IMG/VR virus record: IMGVR_UViG_2703718869_000013
Location: 33,127 to 97,126 of that record
Direction: 5' to 3' (one strand)
Origin: a virus
Taxonomy: Duplodnaviria > Heunggongvirae > Uroviricota > Caudoviricetes
Length of the DNA stretch: 64,000 nt
Shown: piece after piece, positions 10,151-20,726 of the stretch
Position numbering within the stretch: position 1 is the first letter of the stretch
Layout of the letters: every line of letters begins with the position of its first letter
The notes under the pieces: model-generated
Told to the model about the DNA's origin: nothing
Database searches by the model: none
Seen by the model: the letters and a program-made list of their open reading frames with translations, nothing else
Position numbers and translations under genes: made by a program

Positions 10151-10224
10151 AGTTACGGCCTCACTAACAGGTTTAACAACCTGCTACCCGCTGTCAAACA
10201 GGTGGCAGGACGTGACAGGGTTGA

Positions 10225-10300
10225 CAGACTGGCGTTAGTGAAACCAGCAGGCCGAAGCCTCCCCATCACGCCCCACCATAATTCGGGCGTAACGCGGTTT
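10225..10300 (-). ncRNA. c4: c4-like antisense RNA (module A), approximate ends
   Basis: Conserved core (ggtggggcgtgatggggaggcttcggcctgctggttt on the minus strand) followed by heptamer CACTAAC; complementary GTTAGTG occurs upstream (plus 10345-10351) and at the icd RBS (plus 10162-10168). Confidence 0.55.
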
Positions 10301-10397
10301 ACGGACACAAAAATACCGCAATATCGGAAATCTGCGGTTGTCCGCACTAACATTCAGGCTGTCAAACCTGGTCGCAGAATTTGCTACGACGGCAGAA

Positions 10398-10425
10398 CTA
10401 TAAGCCTGAACGATTAAAAGGTCAA
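10398..10425 (-). promoter_or_regulatory. sigma70-like promoter of module A (TTGACC-N16-TATAGT)
   Basis: Reverse complement gives ttgacc then 16 nt then tatagt; the same element is conserved upstream of modules B and C. Confidence 0.5.
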
Positions 10426-10463
10426 TATGATGCGAAAAGATAGCATTCGCGACTTAAAAATAC

Positions 10464-10480
10464 AAATTTATTAGAGCATT
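10464..10480. promoter_or_regulatory. C1-operator-like site between module A and the sim locus
   Basis: aaatttattagagcatt, 16 of 17 match to the operator consensus; adjacent palindrome tttgtgcaataaatgcacaaa. Confidence 0.55.
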
Positions 10481-10576
10481 ATTTGTGCAATAAATGCACA
10501 AATGGATCTAATAACCTCTTTTTTTTAAAGGCGAAAATATGTACCCTAAATGGGTTATAAGGCAGGTGAGATTATA

Positions 10577-10708
10577 ATGAGAAGACTATTACTACCGTTA
10601 TTATTTATGGCCGGGACTGTTAATGCAGCATCAAGCGTAAAGGAGATTTGTACCGATTATACGAAATACCTTGGGCACGTTTACGCCTTTGCGATCAATG
10701 ACTATTAA
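10577..10708 (+). CDS. small secreted-type ORF, simA-like
   Basis: 43 codons (MRRLLLPLLFMAGTVNAASS...) with a signal-peptide-like N-terminus; below the ORF-track size cutoff, read by eye. Confidence 0.3.
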   Translation: MRRLLLPLLFMAGTVNAASSVKEICTDYTKYLGHVYAFAINDY

Positions 10709-10729
10709 TCCATGCGTAGGAGTGGATTT

Positions 10730-11047
10730 ATGCTGATTCGTTTGTTTTTAGTGCTTTCCTTTTTAACATTTAATGTTTTTGCTGATGAAGTTGACTTTTC
10801 GAAGGTAGATTGCAATTCAGTGGAAACAAGAAAAGCTCTTATTGAAGAATATAACGAAATATTATCGTCATATGGAATAACAGTGGTTGATTCTTATAAT
10901 CAAAAAACTATTCAGAAAGGAATAAATAAACTGGTTTGTTATGGGGTTTACCAATATTCAGATGGCTCTTCGGAGTATGTTATTTATAAAGCATACCCAA
11001 ATAGTCTTGGTGAATTGATTAGTGAGTTTAAACCGATTAATGAGTGA
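10730..11047 (+). CDS. secreted small protein, simB-like
   Basis: ATG at 10730 preceded by AGGAG (10718-10722); signal-peptide-like N-terminus (MLIRLFLVLSFLTFNVFA); AT-rich. The listed ORF starts at 10712. Confidence 0.45.
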   Translation: MLIRLFLVLSFLTFNVFADEVDFSKVDCNSVETRKALIEEYNEILSSYGITVVDSYNQKTIQKGINKLVCYGVYQYSDGSSEYVIYKAYPNSLGELISEFKPINE

Positions 11048-11054
11048 ATGGAAA

Positions 11055-11834
11055 ATGAAATTATTTAATGTAATAACATTTTGTTGTGCTATTTTTGCTG
11101 GAAGCGCGATAGCTGATAATAAATTGCCAGATTGGCTTTCTACTTCAAAAAAAGATTATGATTTAGTAAGGGTGTTCTATTTGTCTGGATTTGCCTCGAA
11201 AGCAATGAATAATCAATTTGGTTATCATTTTCCATCTGAGTTGGTTAATGATTTTAAAGATAATGAATTTGCCGCTCAGGAAAAATGGAATACAATTTCA
11301 ATTGTATATGGTGAAATAAAATCCATAAGAATGGTGAATAATGAACCAATTGTAGAGTTATTTACTCCAGGGGAAAATGCAACGCCACTAAATTATATCA
11401 AATTGAAAGTGTTGGATTCAAAACAAAACTCTCTGTTAAAACTAAAAAAAGGGGATGATATATATGCAGTGTGCTCCGGTGCTAATTTTAGGTTAGTGCC
11501 AATTCTGAGCAACTGCACTCCAGCAACTGACGTCATTGATGCTGCACTCTCTTTTTCTGGTGAATATATGTTCCCTGCTTTTGATTCTTTTTCACCTACT
11601 AAGCAAAACGTCAAATATATATTCACAAATCAAGATCCTGTTCAGATGATGAATTTTATAGGGTACCTATCCTTAGTCGATACAACGAAGGATAAGAATA
11701 AAATGGATATGGTTCGTAAGTGTACGCCTTGGAAGCCGGAATGTTCACAACAATTCGTTGATGTAATGGAAGGATTTGATAACATCATGTATAAATATGA
11801 GAGGGAATTTAAAAATTACATAGAATTAAAATAG
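11055..11834 (+). CDS. sim: exported protein, Sim/SimC-like superinfection exclusion candidate
   Basis: Signal peptide MKLFNVITFCCAIFAGSAIA; about 260 aa; lies next to a c4-icd-ant module as sim does in P1. Alternative starts at 11022 (GTG) and 11040. Confidence 0.45.
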   Translation: MKLFNVITFCCAIFAGSAIADNKLPDWLSTSKKDYDLVRVFYLSGFASKAMNNQFGYHFPSELVNDFKDNEFAAQEKWNTISIVYGEIKSIRMVNNEPIVELFTPGENATPLNYIKLKVLDSKQNSLLKLKKGDDIYAVCSGANFRLVPILSNCTPATDVIDAALSFSGEYMFPAFDSFSPTKQNVKYIFTNQDPVQMMNFIGYLSLVDTTKDKNKMDMVRKCTPWKPECSQQFVDVMEGFDNIMYKYEREFKNYIELK

Positions 11835-11866
11835 TATTTGAAATGATAGTCAATTTAAGTTTTAAC

Positions 11867-11894
11867 AAAACGCCCATTAAAGGGCGTTTTATTG
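11867..11894 (+). terminator. rho-independent terminator after the sim-like operon
   Basis: aaacgccc atta aagggcgttt followed by a T-rich run. Confidence 0.6.
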
Positions 11895-12057
11895 TTTTAC
11901 TCAAAACAACCTGACTCAAAACAACCTGATTGTGTGATAACCATATGATACTCCTCATTCCATCTACACTACCTACTCTAACTTAATGATACCATATTAC
12001 TCCCGGACGGCAATATTCCCACTCAATGGACAAATGACTACTCGTAGAATCGGGTAA

Positions 12058-12648
<591 letters not shown>

Positions 12649-12658
12649 GGGGGCTGAT

Positions 12659-13270
12659 ATGGGGCTTAATGTTGCTTCAGTAAAGTCTTATGTATCTTCG
12701 GCATTAACGACGACATTATTTGGCTCCGGCGTTGGTGAGCGGGAAGTTGGTAAGCTGACGTCAATCATCATGAACAAAATGCTGTTCGCGCAAGGATGGC
12801 AGTTCTCTGTCGAAGTTGATGGTCTGGAGGGGGCAGACTTCTTTGCTAAAGACATTACCTACCACGATTACAGCATCGAATATGAAACGATTAAAATCGG
12901 CGGAGGGAATATCCTTCAGCCAACGGAGCGTTCGCCTGGGCAGATAACAATGATGGTCAGGGACACTGTTGATGGCCTCGTTTTGGACTGGTTTAAGACG
13001 GCAAAAAGTCGGGTGATCAATCCTGACGGTACCGGGAACATACCATCTAAATATTTGCTCAATGTGCGTATTTATCGGTTGCTGTCTTCCGGCTTAACCA
13101 AACTGGAAAATGAGATGACGGTATTCCCGGTCACTACCGGCGATGTCACCTATGCGCGGGATCAGGTTACGGAATTTAAGTCATTCCCAATGACCTTCGC
13201 ATTGCACAGCACGTTTAACCAATCCTCAAGTTCTTTGGCTTCCCTTCTGGGCTTTAGTTTTTCTCTTTGA
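12659..13270 (+). CDS. tail/baseplate-associated protein
   Basis: 203 aa ORF, tight spacing within the operon. Confidence 0.4.
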   Translation: MGLNVASVKSYVSSALTTTLFGSGVGEREVGKLTSIIMNKMLFAQGWQFSVEVDGLEGADFFAKDITYHDYSIEYETIKIGGGNILQPTERSPGQITMMVRDTVDGLVLDWFKTAKSRVINPDGTGNIPSKYLLNVRIYRLLSSGLTKLENEMTVFPVTTGDVTYARDQVTEFKSFPMTFALHSTFNQSSSSLASLLGFSFSL

Positions 13271-13284
13271 ATTAAGGAGCAAGG

Positions 13285-14166
13285 ATGCTTTTACCCCTTT
13301 TCCCGCTACCATCGCGGCCAACTGAATTGATCCAGTTCCGTCAGCCAAATATTGCTGATGCGATGCGTTTCAACTCGATAACACCGGAGGAACAAGAACA
13401 ACAGACAACGGCATATTTAAAAGCCTTGCTGGCTGAACCCGTGAAACATGATCCCCTGACATGGACGGCGCAGGACCGGATTACCGCGTTATGGTGGATA
13501 TTTACTGGCTCCCGTGAAACACCGGTCGAGACATTCACCTACACCTGTAAACATTGCGGTAAAGAGCATTATTACGATTGTGATATGAATGCTCTGGCTG
13601 AAGATATCCAGGTCCTGGAAGTGGAACCTTTCATTGACGATATTGAGGTGTCTGTAGAGGGAGTACCTTATCAATGGCGTATCGTGCCGCTTGATGGTTG
13701 GGCAATGGAAATGCTGGAGATGCGCCGTGCAGCATTGCCACCTGAAGACGACGCGGAATTCAAAGAAGCGATCGTTGATTTGCGTTTTTGGGAATTCGCT
13801 TATCAGTGTGAGCTTTATAACGATGTTAGTGGTACTCGTGAAGATCAGGCTGAGCGTCGTTATGAAACGATCAAACGGATGGCCATTGATACTGAATTTA
13901 TGAAGCTGGCGGCACACATCCGGCTGGCTCATGAAAAGCTCGAACATGGTTTACCGTGCTACATCGATAAAGGCGAAATGCGTCTTCGTCTCCCGCCGCA
14001 CAAATGCCCAAACCAGGATACAAAGGAGTCCACAGAGGGTGCGTACACCCGTCTGTGGGTGCCCTTTCGGGCTACCGACTTCATTCCACAGGTGGGGATT
14101 GAAAAGCTATCAGACCTTAGTGTCCAACCTGGTTTTGTATGGGGGTATACCGATTCAGGACGCTGA
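13285..14166 (+). CDS. tail morphogenesis protein with Cys-rich motif
   Basis: 293 aa; YTCKHCGKEHYYDCD motif; immediately upstream of the sit-like gene. Confidence 0.4.
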   Translation: MLLPLFPLPSRPTELIQFRQPNIADAMRFNSITPEEQEQQTTAYLKALLAEPVKHDPLTWTAQDRITALWWIFTGSRETPVETFTYTCKHCGKEHYYDCDMNALAEDIQVLEVEPFIDDIEVSVEGVPYQWRIVPLDGWAMEMLEMRRAALPPEDDAEFKEAIVDLRFWEFAYQCELYNDVSGTREDQAERRYETIKRMAIDTEFMKLAAHIRLAHEKLEHGLPCYIDKGEMRLRLPPHKCPNQDTKESTEGAYTRLWVPFRATDFIPQVGIEKLSDLSVQPGFVWGYTDSGR

Positions 14167-14247
14167 AAGGCTTACTGAATCCTATGCGTTTTTCCTGTTG
14201 GAGAAACTGGAAGAAAAACTTAAACCGAAACGGTAGGCGATAAGATC

Positions 14248-17200
14248 ATGGAAAGAAAAAACGCCAATATTGACGATGTTATAAGGACAGTTGAAACCGC
14301 CAGCGCGAAAGAGCTGGAAGAGCTTGCAGGTATTCGGGAAGCTGTTGAAGATTTGAAAGGGGAACGAGTTGCAACTGTTGATCCTGTCTCTCGCAGTGTG
14401 TCGGCATTAAATCGCACAATCGAAAATTCCCGGCCAGACTTTGTGGCCAATGCGCCATCCGTGGACCCTATTGTTGAGGCAATGAAACGGCTTAATTTAG
14501 GGGACGTTTCTCGTGTAGTTCAGGAGGATGTTGCTCTAGAGGAACCGCAGGCCAAATCAACTACGCGAAAGGGTAAAAAACGACGCAAGAAGGCTATAAC
14601 AGAAGATGTAAAGGCGCAACGGACCGAAGCAGCCGAACACGCTCGCGAAATGTTCGGTCAAAAAGGCGGTGCGCAAAAAAGCCAAAACCAACGCGATGCG
14701 CGTGGTCGTTTTATTGGAAAGTCAGGGAGTAAGGCCGCAGCGGAAGATGCCCGTGCTGAACGTGCTGAAAAGGCCAGGCGCAAAGAGGATGATGAGCGTC
14801 TAAATGCTGAATCAGGTTTATTAAAAAAACTGTCAAAAGTAGCTGAAGGCATAGGTAACCCTTCAGAGACTCGTGCCGTCGATGCGTTAGGTTATGCCGT
14901 TGCTGGTCCATTGTGGGCAGCAGGGAAGGAGCTTGGCGGGATATCAAAAGAAGTTGGTGGATCGCTTAATGGTGCCAGAAAGTCTATTGCCGATGTGATT
15001 CGTGGCAATGACGATAACAGCCGTAGAAAAGGTTTTTTTAGGCGTAAATCGCAAAATAGTGCCGATGTCGTTCAGATTAACACCCAAAAACGGACGGTTC
15101 AGGAACTTCAGGATCAGACCAGCGAAATTAAAGAGGGCAATGACAAGATTCTCAGCGCCCTTGATCAGATAGCCAAAAACACCGGGAAAAAGAAGGGCGG
15201 CTTGCTGTCCAAATTATTTAGCCTGTTAGGGAAGGGGGCCGGTGGTATTGCCTCCCTTATTTTTGGCCGTGGGGCACTAAAGAAAGTTGGCTCGATGGCA
15301 CTCGGCGCTTTAGGTATTAAGGGGGTAGGGAAACTAGGGATTAAGGCGGTCGCAAAAGGCGCTTTACGTGCAATTCCGCTAGTCGGCACGGTGGCTGGAG
15401 GTATCTATGATGCGGTAACCGGTTGGAATGATATAGAAGCGCAACGCCGAGCGTTTGGGCTTAAATCAGGACAAGATCCATCATTCCAGCAAAAAGCCGC
15501 TTATACGTTAGCTAATGTTCTTGATATGGGGGGACTGGTATCTGGTATTAGCAGCGCCATTGGTGAGGTTCTCAAATCACTTGGATTTGAGGATATCGGC
15601 AATATGTTGCAATCATTTTCGACGGAAAGTATTGCCCAGGCCATTGATAGCGGGGTTACCAACTTAGAAACATATATTTCTAATCTTGGCGACACCATTT
15701 CTACCAAGTTCGATGATTATACAGCAAAGATTGGTGATGCTATTTCTGCATGGTTCAGTGACACCACAAAGAATCTGAACGAAAAATTAGACGCCATCAA
15801 AAACTTCTTTACTGTCGATAACCTGAAACAGGTTTTCAGTGATGCAATTGATAGTGCAATTGATTTCATTAAGAATCCTGGGAAATACATTAAAGAGGCT
15901 GGCAGTAATCTATGGAGTGCCGCAAAAGAGCTTTCAGGTGAGGTTGCAGATGCCGCTGTTCAGAGCACCCCTGTGGCCTGGGTTGCATCAAAGCTAGTCA
16001 ACAAAGCGGATGCGAAAGAGGTTACACCTGAATTAAAAACACCAGCTAAAGAAAGTCAGGAGGACAATGCTCCTAAGACTGAATATACCCCTAAAAAGGC
16101 TAATATTGTCACTCGTGTTGTAAATGCATCCCTAGATACGGCGAAAGATAGCAATAAAACAGTTAAAGAAACTGCCAATCAGATTATCAATGCAAATGCC
16201 GTAGAAACGGGCAATCGCGCGTTGCAGAAAATTGATAATGCTATTGGTCAAAATAGCTCATCATCATCGTCGCTTAATACTACTGGCACCAGGAATGACA
16301 TTCAGAAAGCTGCGGATACCTACAACAATGGCAACTTAGATGTAAAAGTCGGAAGCCTTGGCGCTGAAGGTAAGGCAAATCTCGATAAGTTGGCTCCGTA
16401 TTTTGCTGAACTAGAGAATAAATATGGCCTTCCTGAAGGTACTCTTTACGCGATCGCTGCAACTGAATCTGGTGGTGATCCTAACGCAAAATCTACGCTT
16501 ACAAGATCACCAAATGGAAAGCTAAGTGGTGGCGCTCTCGGAATGTTCCAGTTTACGAGCGTTGCTCGTGAGGAAACTGGATTATCCCGGGAAGATTCTT
16601 TTAATCCGGAAAAATCGGCAGAAGCTGCGGCTCTTCTCATGAGCAAGTATCTGAAGCAAGCCAATGGAGACTTAAACGAGGCCATCACTGCATATAACGC
16701 TGGGTTTGGCACTATCAATAAGTGGAAAAAAGGCACAGGTGACTTATCGAAAGAAAACCGTGAGTACGCGATCAAGGTCAATACTCATCGTGCTCGCTAT
16801 TTGGGTGGTGAAATCTATACACCTGGAGCAGGAGCACAGGGTGGGGCGCAATATGGAGTGAGGGGACCACTGCCTGATAACGCCGTTATCGATCAGTCTA
16901 CTGGCCTGGCGTTTACCCCTGGTGATAGCCCGTTTGAGAAAGGCGGTCTGGTAGACAAAATCGGCAATGCTGTTGGCGTTAACGATCTGGTCAACAAATT
17001 CATGAATGGCCGGGGGATGCGTCGGGAAGTCGTTCAGGGAACCCTCGAAGAACGTGCACGAGGAAGGGGAACCGCAACGGCAGCTGGCAATGTGTATGTT
17101 GATACACCTATGCCAGTTGAAGAGGCACGTCCGGTAGCAAACAACTCAAGTTACTTTGACCAACTCGGTGCACAAATGGGGATTGATGGGCTGTATGACA

Positions 17201-17580
17201 AACTCATTAATGCCCGGGGAATGCGCTCAAATAATTCTCCTCAACCAGCCTCCACGTCCCAGGTGACGACTGCCGCCAACGATTTGCAGCAACCAACCGG
17301 TCGTATGCAGATAGACGGACAGGTTATTAGTGACCTTGGCGGCTCCGGTGCCAAGCCGACAATGCAGTTGGCTGATAATACCGTTTCACTTGATGGTGAA
17401 ACGAAGCGGCTGTTTGCGCAGATGACCTCATTGCTTGCCAGGATTGAAGAGCACACTAAAGACTCGGCGAAAGGCCAGGGAACTGTCGTAAAGGTCAGCA
17501 CGCCTCAACCGGGCGTTATGCGCACGGTGCCACTGTCAATTGATGATCCGTTGATGAATGACTACGCGAGAGTTGATTGA
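14248..17580 (+). CDS. sit: Sit-like tail tape-measure / injection protein with lytic transglycosylase domain
   Basis: 1110 aa; SLT-type motif (AIAATESGGDPNAKS...GAMGMFQF...AYNAG); long low-complexity coiled regions. Confidence 0.75.
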   Translation: MERKNANIDDVIRTVETASAKELEELAGIREAVEDLKGERVATVDPVSRSVSALNRTIENSRPDFVANAPSVDPIVEAMKRLNLGDVSRVVQEDVALEEPQAKSTTRKGKKRRKKAITEDVKAQRTEAAEHAREMFGQKGGAQKSQNQRDARGRFIGKSGSKAAAEDARAERAEKARRKEDDERLNAESGLLKKLSKVAEGIGNPSETRAVDALGYAVAGPLWAAGKELGGISKEVGGSLNGARKSIADVIRGNDDNSRRKGFFRRKSQNSADVVQINTQKRTVQELQDQTSEIKEGNDKILSALDQIAKNTGKKKGGLLSKLFSLLGKGAGGIASLIFGRGALKKVGSMALGALGIKGVGKLGIKAVAKGALRAIPLVGTVAGGIYDAVTGWNDIEAQRRAFGLKSGQDPSFQQKAAYTLANVLDMGGLVSGISSAIGEVLKSLGFEDIGNMLQSFSTESIAQAIDSGVTNLETYISNLGDTISTKFDDYTAKIGDAISAWFSDTTKNLNEKLDAIKNFFTVDNLKQVFSDAIDSAIDFIKNPGKYIKEAGSNLWSAAKELSGEVADAAVQSTPVAWVASKLVNKADAKEVTPELKTPAKESQEDNAPKTEYTPKKANIVTRVVNASLDTAKDSNKTVKETANQIINANAVETGNRALQKIDNAIGQNSSSSSSLNTTGTRNDIQKAADTYNNGNLDVKVGSLGAEGKANLDKLAPYFAELENKYGLPEGTLYAIAATESGGDPNAKSTLTRSPNGKLSGGALGMFQFTSVAREETGLSREDSFNPEKSAEAAALLMSKYLKQANGDLNEAITAYNAGFGTINKWKKGTGDLSKENREYAIKVNTHRARYLGGEIYTPGAGAQGGAQYGVRGPLPDNAVIDQSTGLAFTPGDSPFEKGGLVDKIGNAVGVNDLVNKFMNGRGMRREVVQGTLEERARGRGTATAAGNVYVDTPMPVEEARPVANNSSYFDQLGAQMGIDGLYDKLINARGMRSNNSPQPASTSQVTTAANDLQQPTGRMQIDGQVISDLGGSGAKPTMQLADNTVSLDGETKRLFAQMTSLLARIEEHTKDSAKGQGTVVKVSTPQPGVMRTVPLSIDDPLMNDYARVD

Positions 17581-17936
17581 TGGCCAACAATAACGAAATT
17601 GATCCTTTACTGACGCTGGAGTTATCCGGCGTAAAAACGTATGAGTCCCAGGAGGAGGCCTGGGGCGCTCGTTTATATGAGTGGCTGAACACTTATCAGG
17701 GTGAGGTATACGGGGATCCGTCATGGGGCAATGTTTTACCGCAGTTTAAACACGAACCGACCAACTTGTCGCATGTTCAAATTGCGGTTGAGGCAATGCT
17801 GTTGCAAAAACTGACGGTAGATTTACCTGACATACCGATTTCTGGCTTGTCAGTAGCCGAGGGAGATGCTTTTGATAAGTTGAAAATATCCATTCGTATC
17901 AGGGATATAACTATCACACAGGACGTGGTGCTATGA
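17577..17936 (+). CDS. baseplate-associated small protein
   Basis: 119 aa; start overlaps the sit stop (ATGA) and its stop overlaps the next gene. Confidence 0.4.
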   Translation: MMANNNEIDPLLTLELSGVKTYESQEEAWGARLYEWLNTYQGEVYGDPSWGNVLPQFKHEPTNLSHVQIAVEAMLLQKLTVDLPDIPISGLSVAEGDAFDKLKISIRIRDITITQDVVL

Positions 17937-19366
17937 GTAAAACAACACCGACTAAAGACAGTATTCGTGCAGAGTTTGAAGAGCTTGTCGAGAAAGATTC
18001 ATTCTGGTCGAAGTTTGTCGGCTCTCAATTTGTCTCGATGCTGACATTGTTTATTACCCAGATTGTCTACAGGTGCTTTCAGTATGCCGATGCGGCGCTG
18101 GCTGAAGGCTTTATATCGACCGCGACGCGGCGTTCCTCTATCCTGGCAGCGGCAGAAACGAATAGTTACGTTGGTACCAAGCCAACACCGTCATCGGGGA
18201 TGATTGAGATCACCGCCACAAGTGAAGATGCCCCAGCGGTAATCCCCAAAAACATGCCTTTAATATCTGACGACCAGTACCCTTACATGACTATGGATGT
18301 ATGCAGGTTGGTTGACGGCACCGGTACGGTAGAAGTGGCACAGTTGGAAATCCAGGAGGTGACATATACCGTTACGGCAGCCAAAGAATTTCTGGAAGTC
18401 GTGTTATCAAAGGCTCTCACTGCTGTCTGCTATAAGCTGGAAGTATTCGTGACGACCGATGGTAAGACCACGCAGTGGTCTTCCAGCACTATGTTCCGGT
18501 TAGCCGGTAGTAAAAGCCAGGTCTACGTTGAGTTTTATAAGCCATCCGAGCAGTTGGGGGTTCGATTCGGTGATGGGCTAATTGGGCAAATACCGCCAGA
18601 AGGCTCGACCATTACACTTAAGGTATGGTGCACCAACGGAGATATAACCCTGGTTGCTGGCCAAAATCTGACGCCTGTCGATTCTGCGGCTAATTTAGCT
18701 AATTTGATTTCAGTTAAGACAACGACACCCATAACCGCAGGTACCGATGCCGAAACAACGGAGATCACACGTAATCGTGCACAATATTACCTTGCCTATG
18801 ATGATCAGGTCGTATGGGGCGGGGACTATACGTATTTTCTGGTGCGTAACATCCCGGGACTGTCCTGGGTAAAGGCATGGGGCGAAGGCCAGCAAGAGAA
18901 ATTAGATGGTGCTTATAATGTTCGGAATATCAATAAGATATTTATTTCAGGATGGCATCCAAACAAAAGCCAGTCAGAGCTTGAAGAAATGATCCTGGCT
19001 GCCTTTAAGAAGGTGCCGAATGAGTTGAACAAGAAATTCTCGTATAAAGAGGTCAGAAAACTCCCCTTTAAGATCACCATCACTGGGCGGATATCGGCAA
19101 GCCTGACCATTGAGAATGTGACCGATGAGCTGAAGTCGGCACTGGAAACAAAATTTGGGCGCGACTCAACTTTCTTTGATCCGAACCGCGTCGGGAAGTA
19201 CATCCTGATTAAGAAAAAAGACGTTTGGGCGTTTATCGAAACGCTGGGTTATTTCCGCGACTTTTATCTGGAATTTGTCGAGTGGAATGAGTCCAACGGC
19301 TTTTACGATTTCGTTTATCTGGATACAGAAAACTCCACCTTTAATATTTCGTATGAGGAGGAGTGA
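17933..19366 (+). CDS. baseplate J-like protein
   Basis: 477 aa; position between tape measure and tail fibre genes and size match baseplate J/wedge proteins of P1/P2/Mu-type tails. Confidence 0.5.
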   Translation: MSKTTPTKDSIRAEFEELVEKDSFWSKFVGSQFVSMLTLFITQIVYRCFQYADAALAEGFISTATRRSSILAAAETNSYVGTKPTPSSGMIEITATSEDAPAVIPKNMPLISDDQYPYMTMDVCRLVDGTGTVEVAQLEIQEVTYTVTAAKEFLEVVLSKALTAVCYKLEVFVTTDGKTTQWSSSTMFRLAGSKSQVYVEFYKPSEQLGVRFGDGLIGQIPPEGSTITLKVWCTNGDITLVAGQNLTPVDSAANLANLISVKTTTPITAGTDAETTEITRNRAQYYLAYDDQVVWGGDYTYFLVRNIPGLSWVKAWGEGQQEKLDGAYNVRNINKIFISGWHPNKSQSELEEMILAAFKKVPNELNKKFSYKEVRKLPFKITITGRISASLTIENVTDELKSALETKFGRDSTFFDPNRVGKYILIKKKDVWAFIETLGYFRDFYLEFVEWNESNGFYDFVYLDTENSTFNISYEEE

Positions 19367-20202
19367 TGCAGCGTTCCTGGTTTAATAACCGGCTTACATC
19401 AGCTAAGCAAAAGTCATTGCTCTATAAATCATTGGCTGATTTGGTTCAGTCAATGATGGACACCTTTGTTGACCCATGGTTGGAGCGAATTACCAACCGG
19501 AAGTCTATTTTCTCCATGAGCAAGGAGGATCTGGAGACCAGGACAAATGAACTTGGCCAGTTCTTTACTATCAGAACCTCGGACTCATCTTCCGTTCCGA
19601 TGTTGTTACAACAGCGGCTTGATGAGATCCACTTTAAGGGAACTGAACGTCCTATAAACCAGACAATTTACCGCGAATTTAACGGTATTTCTGTTTTATG
19701 GGATCCGATATATGCACCGGTGGACCTTGAGCGTCATCCCTATGGCACAGTTCTAATACCAGAAAGCACATTGGAGACTACCGGCGGCACATTCGGCGAG
19801 ATGTTTCTGACTTCCAGAGGGATGATCAGTATTCCCATAAACGACCTGGCCCGGACAATGGGTATTACTGGCACGATAGATCAGTCCGCAATTACAGAAG
19901 AAATTCTCAGAAAGTTTAATCAGTTCGTAAAGCCTCTACTGCCACTGCATATAGTGTTTGATGGGCTTACGCTCTATTTGTCGGTTGTTGTAAATGAACA
20001 GGCCGACATGATCACTTTGAACGAGATTTCTGATACCGAAAAAGCATTCTGCTGGTTTGAAACTTCGGATACAACTTCGCTTACTGGAGTTACGTCGATT
20101 AGCGCCCCGATCACCGCAACGCCTGGTGGCACTATTGTGAAAGCGACACCTACGTTTGATCGCACCCGCGCAGATGATTTGTTGCTGGATAGCGACGCCT
20201 GA
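19363..20202 (+). CDS. baseplate/tail-fibre hinge protein
   Basis: 279 aa; overlapping start; followed by GC-rich hairpin near 20214-20236. Confidence 0.4.
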   Translation: MMQRSWFNNRLTSAKQKSLLYKSLADLVQSMMDTFVDPWLERITNRKSIFSMSKEDLETRTNELGQFFTIRTSDSSSVPMLLQQRLDEIHFKGTERPINQTIYREFNGISVLWDPIYAPVDLERHPYGTVLIPESTLETTGGTFGEMFLTSRGMISIPINDLARTMGITGTIDQSAITEEILRKFNQFVKPLLPLHIVFDGLTLYLSVVVNEQADMITLNEISDTEKAFCWFETSDTTSLTGVTSISAPITATPGGTIVKATPTFDRTRADDLLLDSDA

Positions 20203-20280
20203 CAATCACCCCGTCCGCAGGGCGGGGTGACAAGTTACTTCTCTTACAATGAGGCTTCACAACAGTGATTAGGGAAAATC

Positions 20281-20715
20281 ATGTCTGACGTCTCAACAAA
20301 CCTCTATAAGAGTCAGTTGTTGGACTATTACTATCAGCGGCGCGCTGAATCGTCCATTAACAAAGGCTCTCGATTTTTAATCAGCAAGGCCGTTTTCGGT
20401 ACCAGTTCTCTGGTTACTAAGAAAGGAGATGGCACTTATGAGATTGGAGAACTGCCAAAGGCTTTCGATCTGGCAGAACTGACCAGCCAATTTTGTACCA
20501 TCAACCTCGTGCCAACCTACTCAGGTGGGATAATTACTGTCCGAATGGACCTTGATCAAAGCCAGTTGCAGGAAGGGAAAAACTACCCATTCAACACTCT
20601 GGTTGTTCTGGATAACGAGAACAAGCCAATCGCCATTATTTGTGTCCAGGAAGACTCGCTGTATGTGGGCAAAACATATACCGCAGTTATGGCCATAAAC
20701 ACGACTACAGCATAA
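20281..20715 (+). CDS. tail fibre-associated protein (R-like)
   Basis: 144 aa ORF immediately upstream of the tail fibre gene. Confidence 0.4.
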   Translation: MSDVSTNLYKSQLLDYYYQRRAESSINKGSRFLISKAVFGTSSLVTKKGDGTYEIGELPKAFDLAELTSQFCTINLVPTYSGGIITVRMDLDQSQLQEGKNYPFNTLVVLDNENKPIAIICVQEDSLYVGKTYTAVMAINTTTA

Positions 20716-20726
20716 GGATATGCTTG

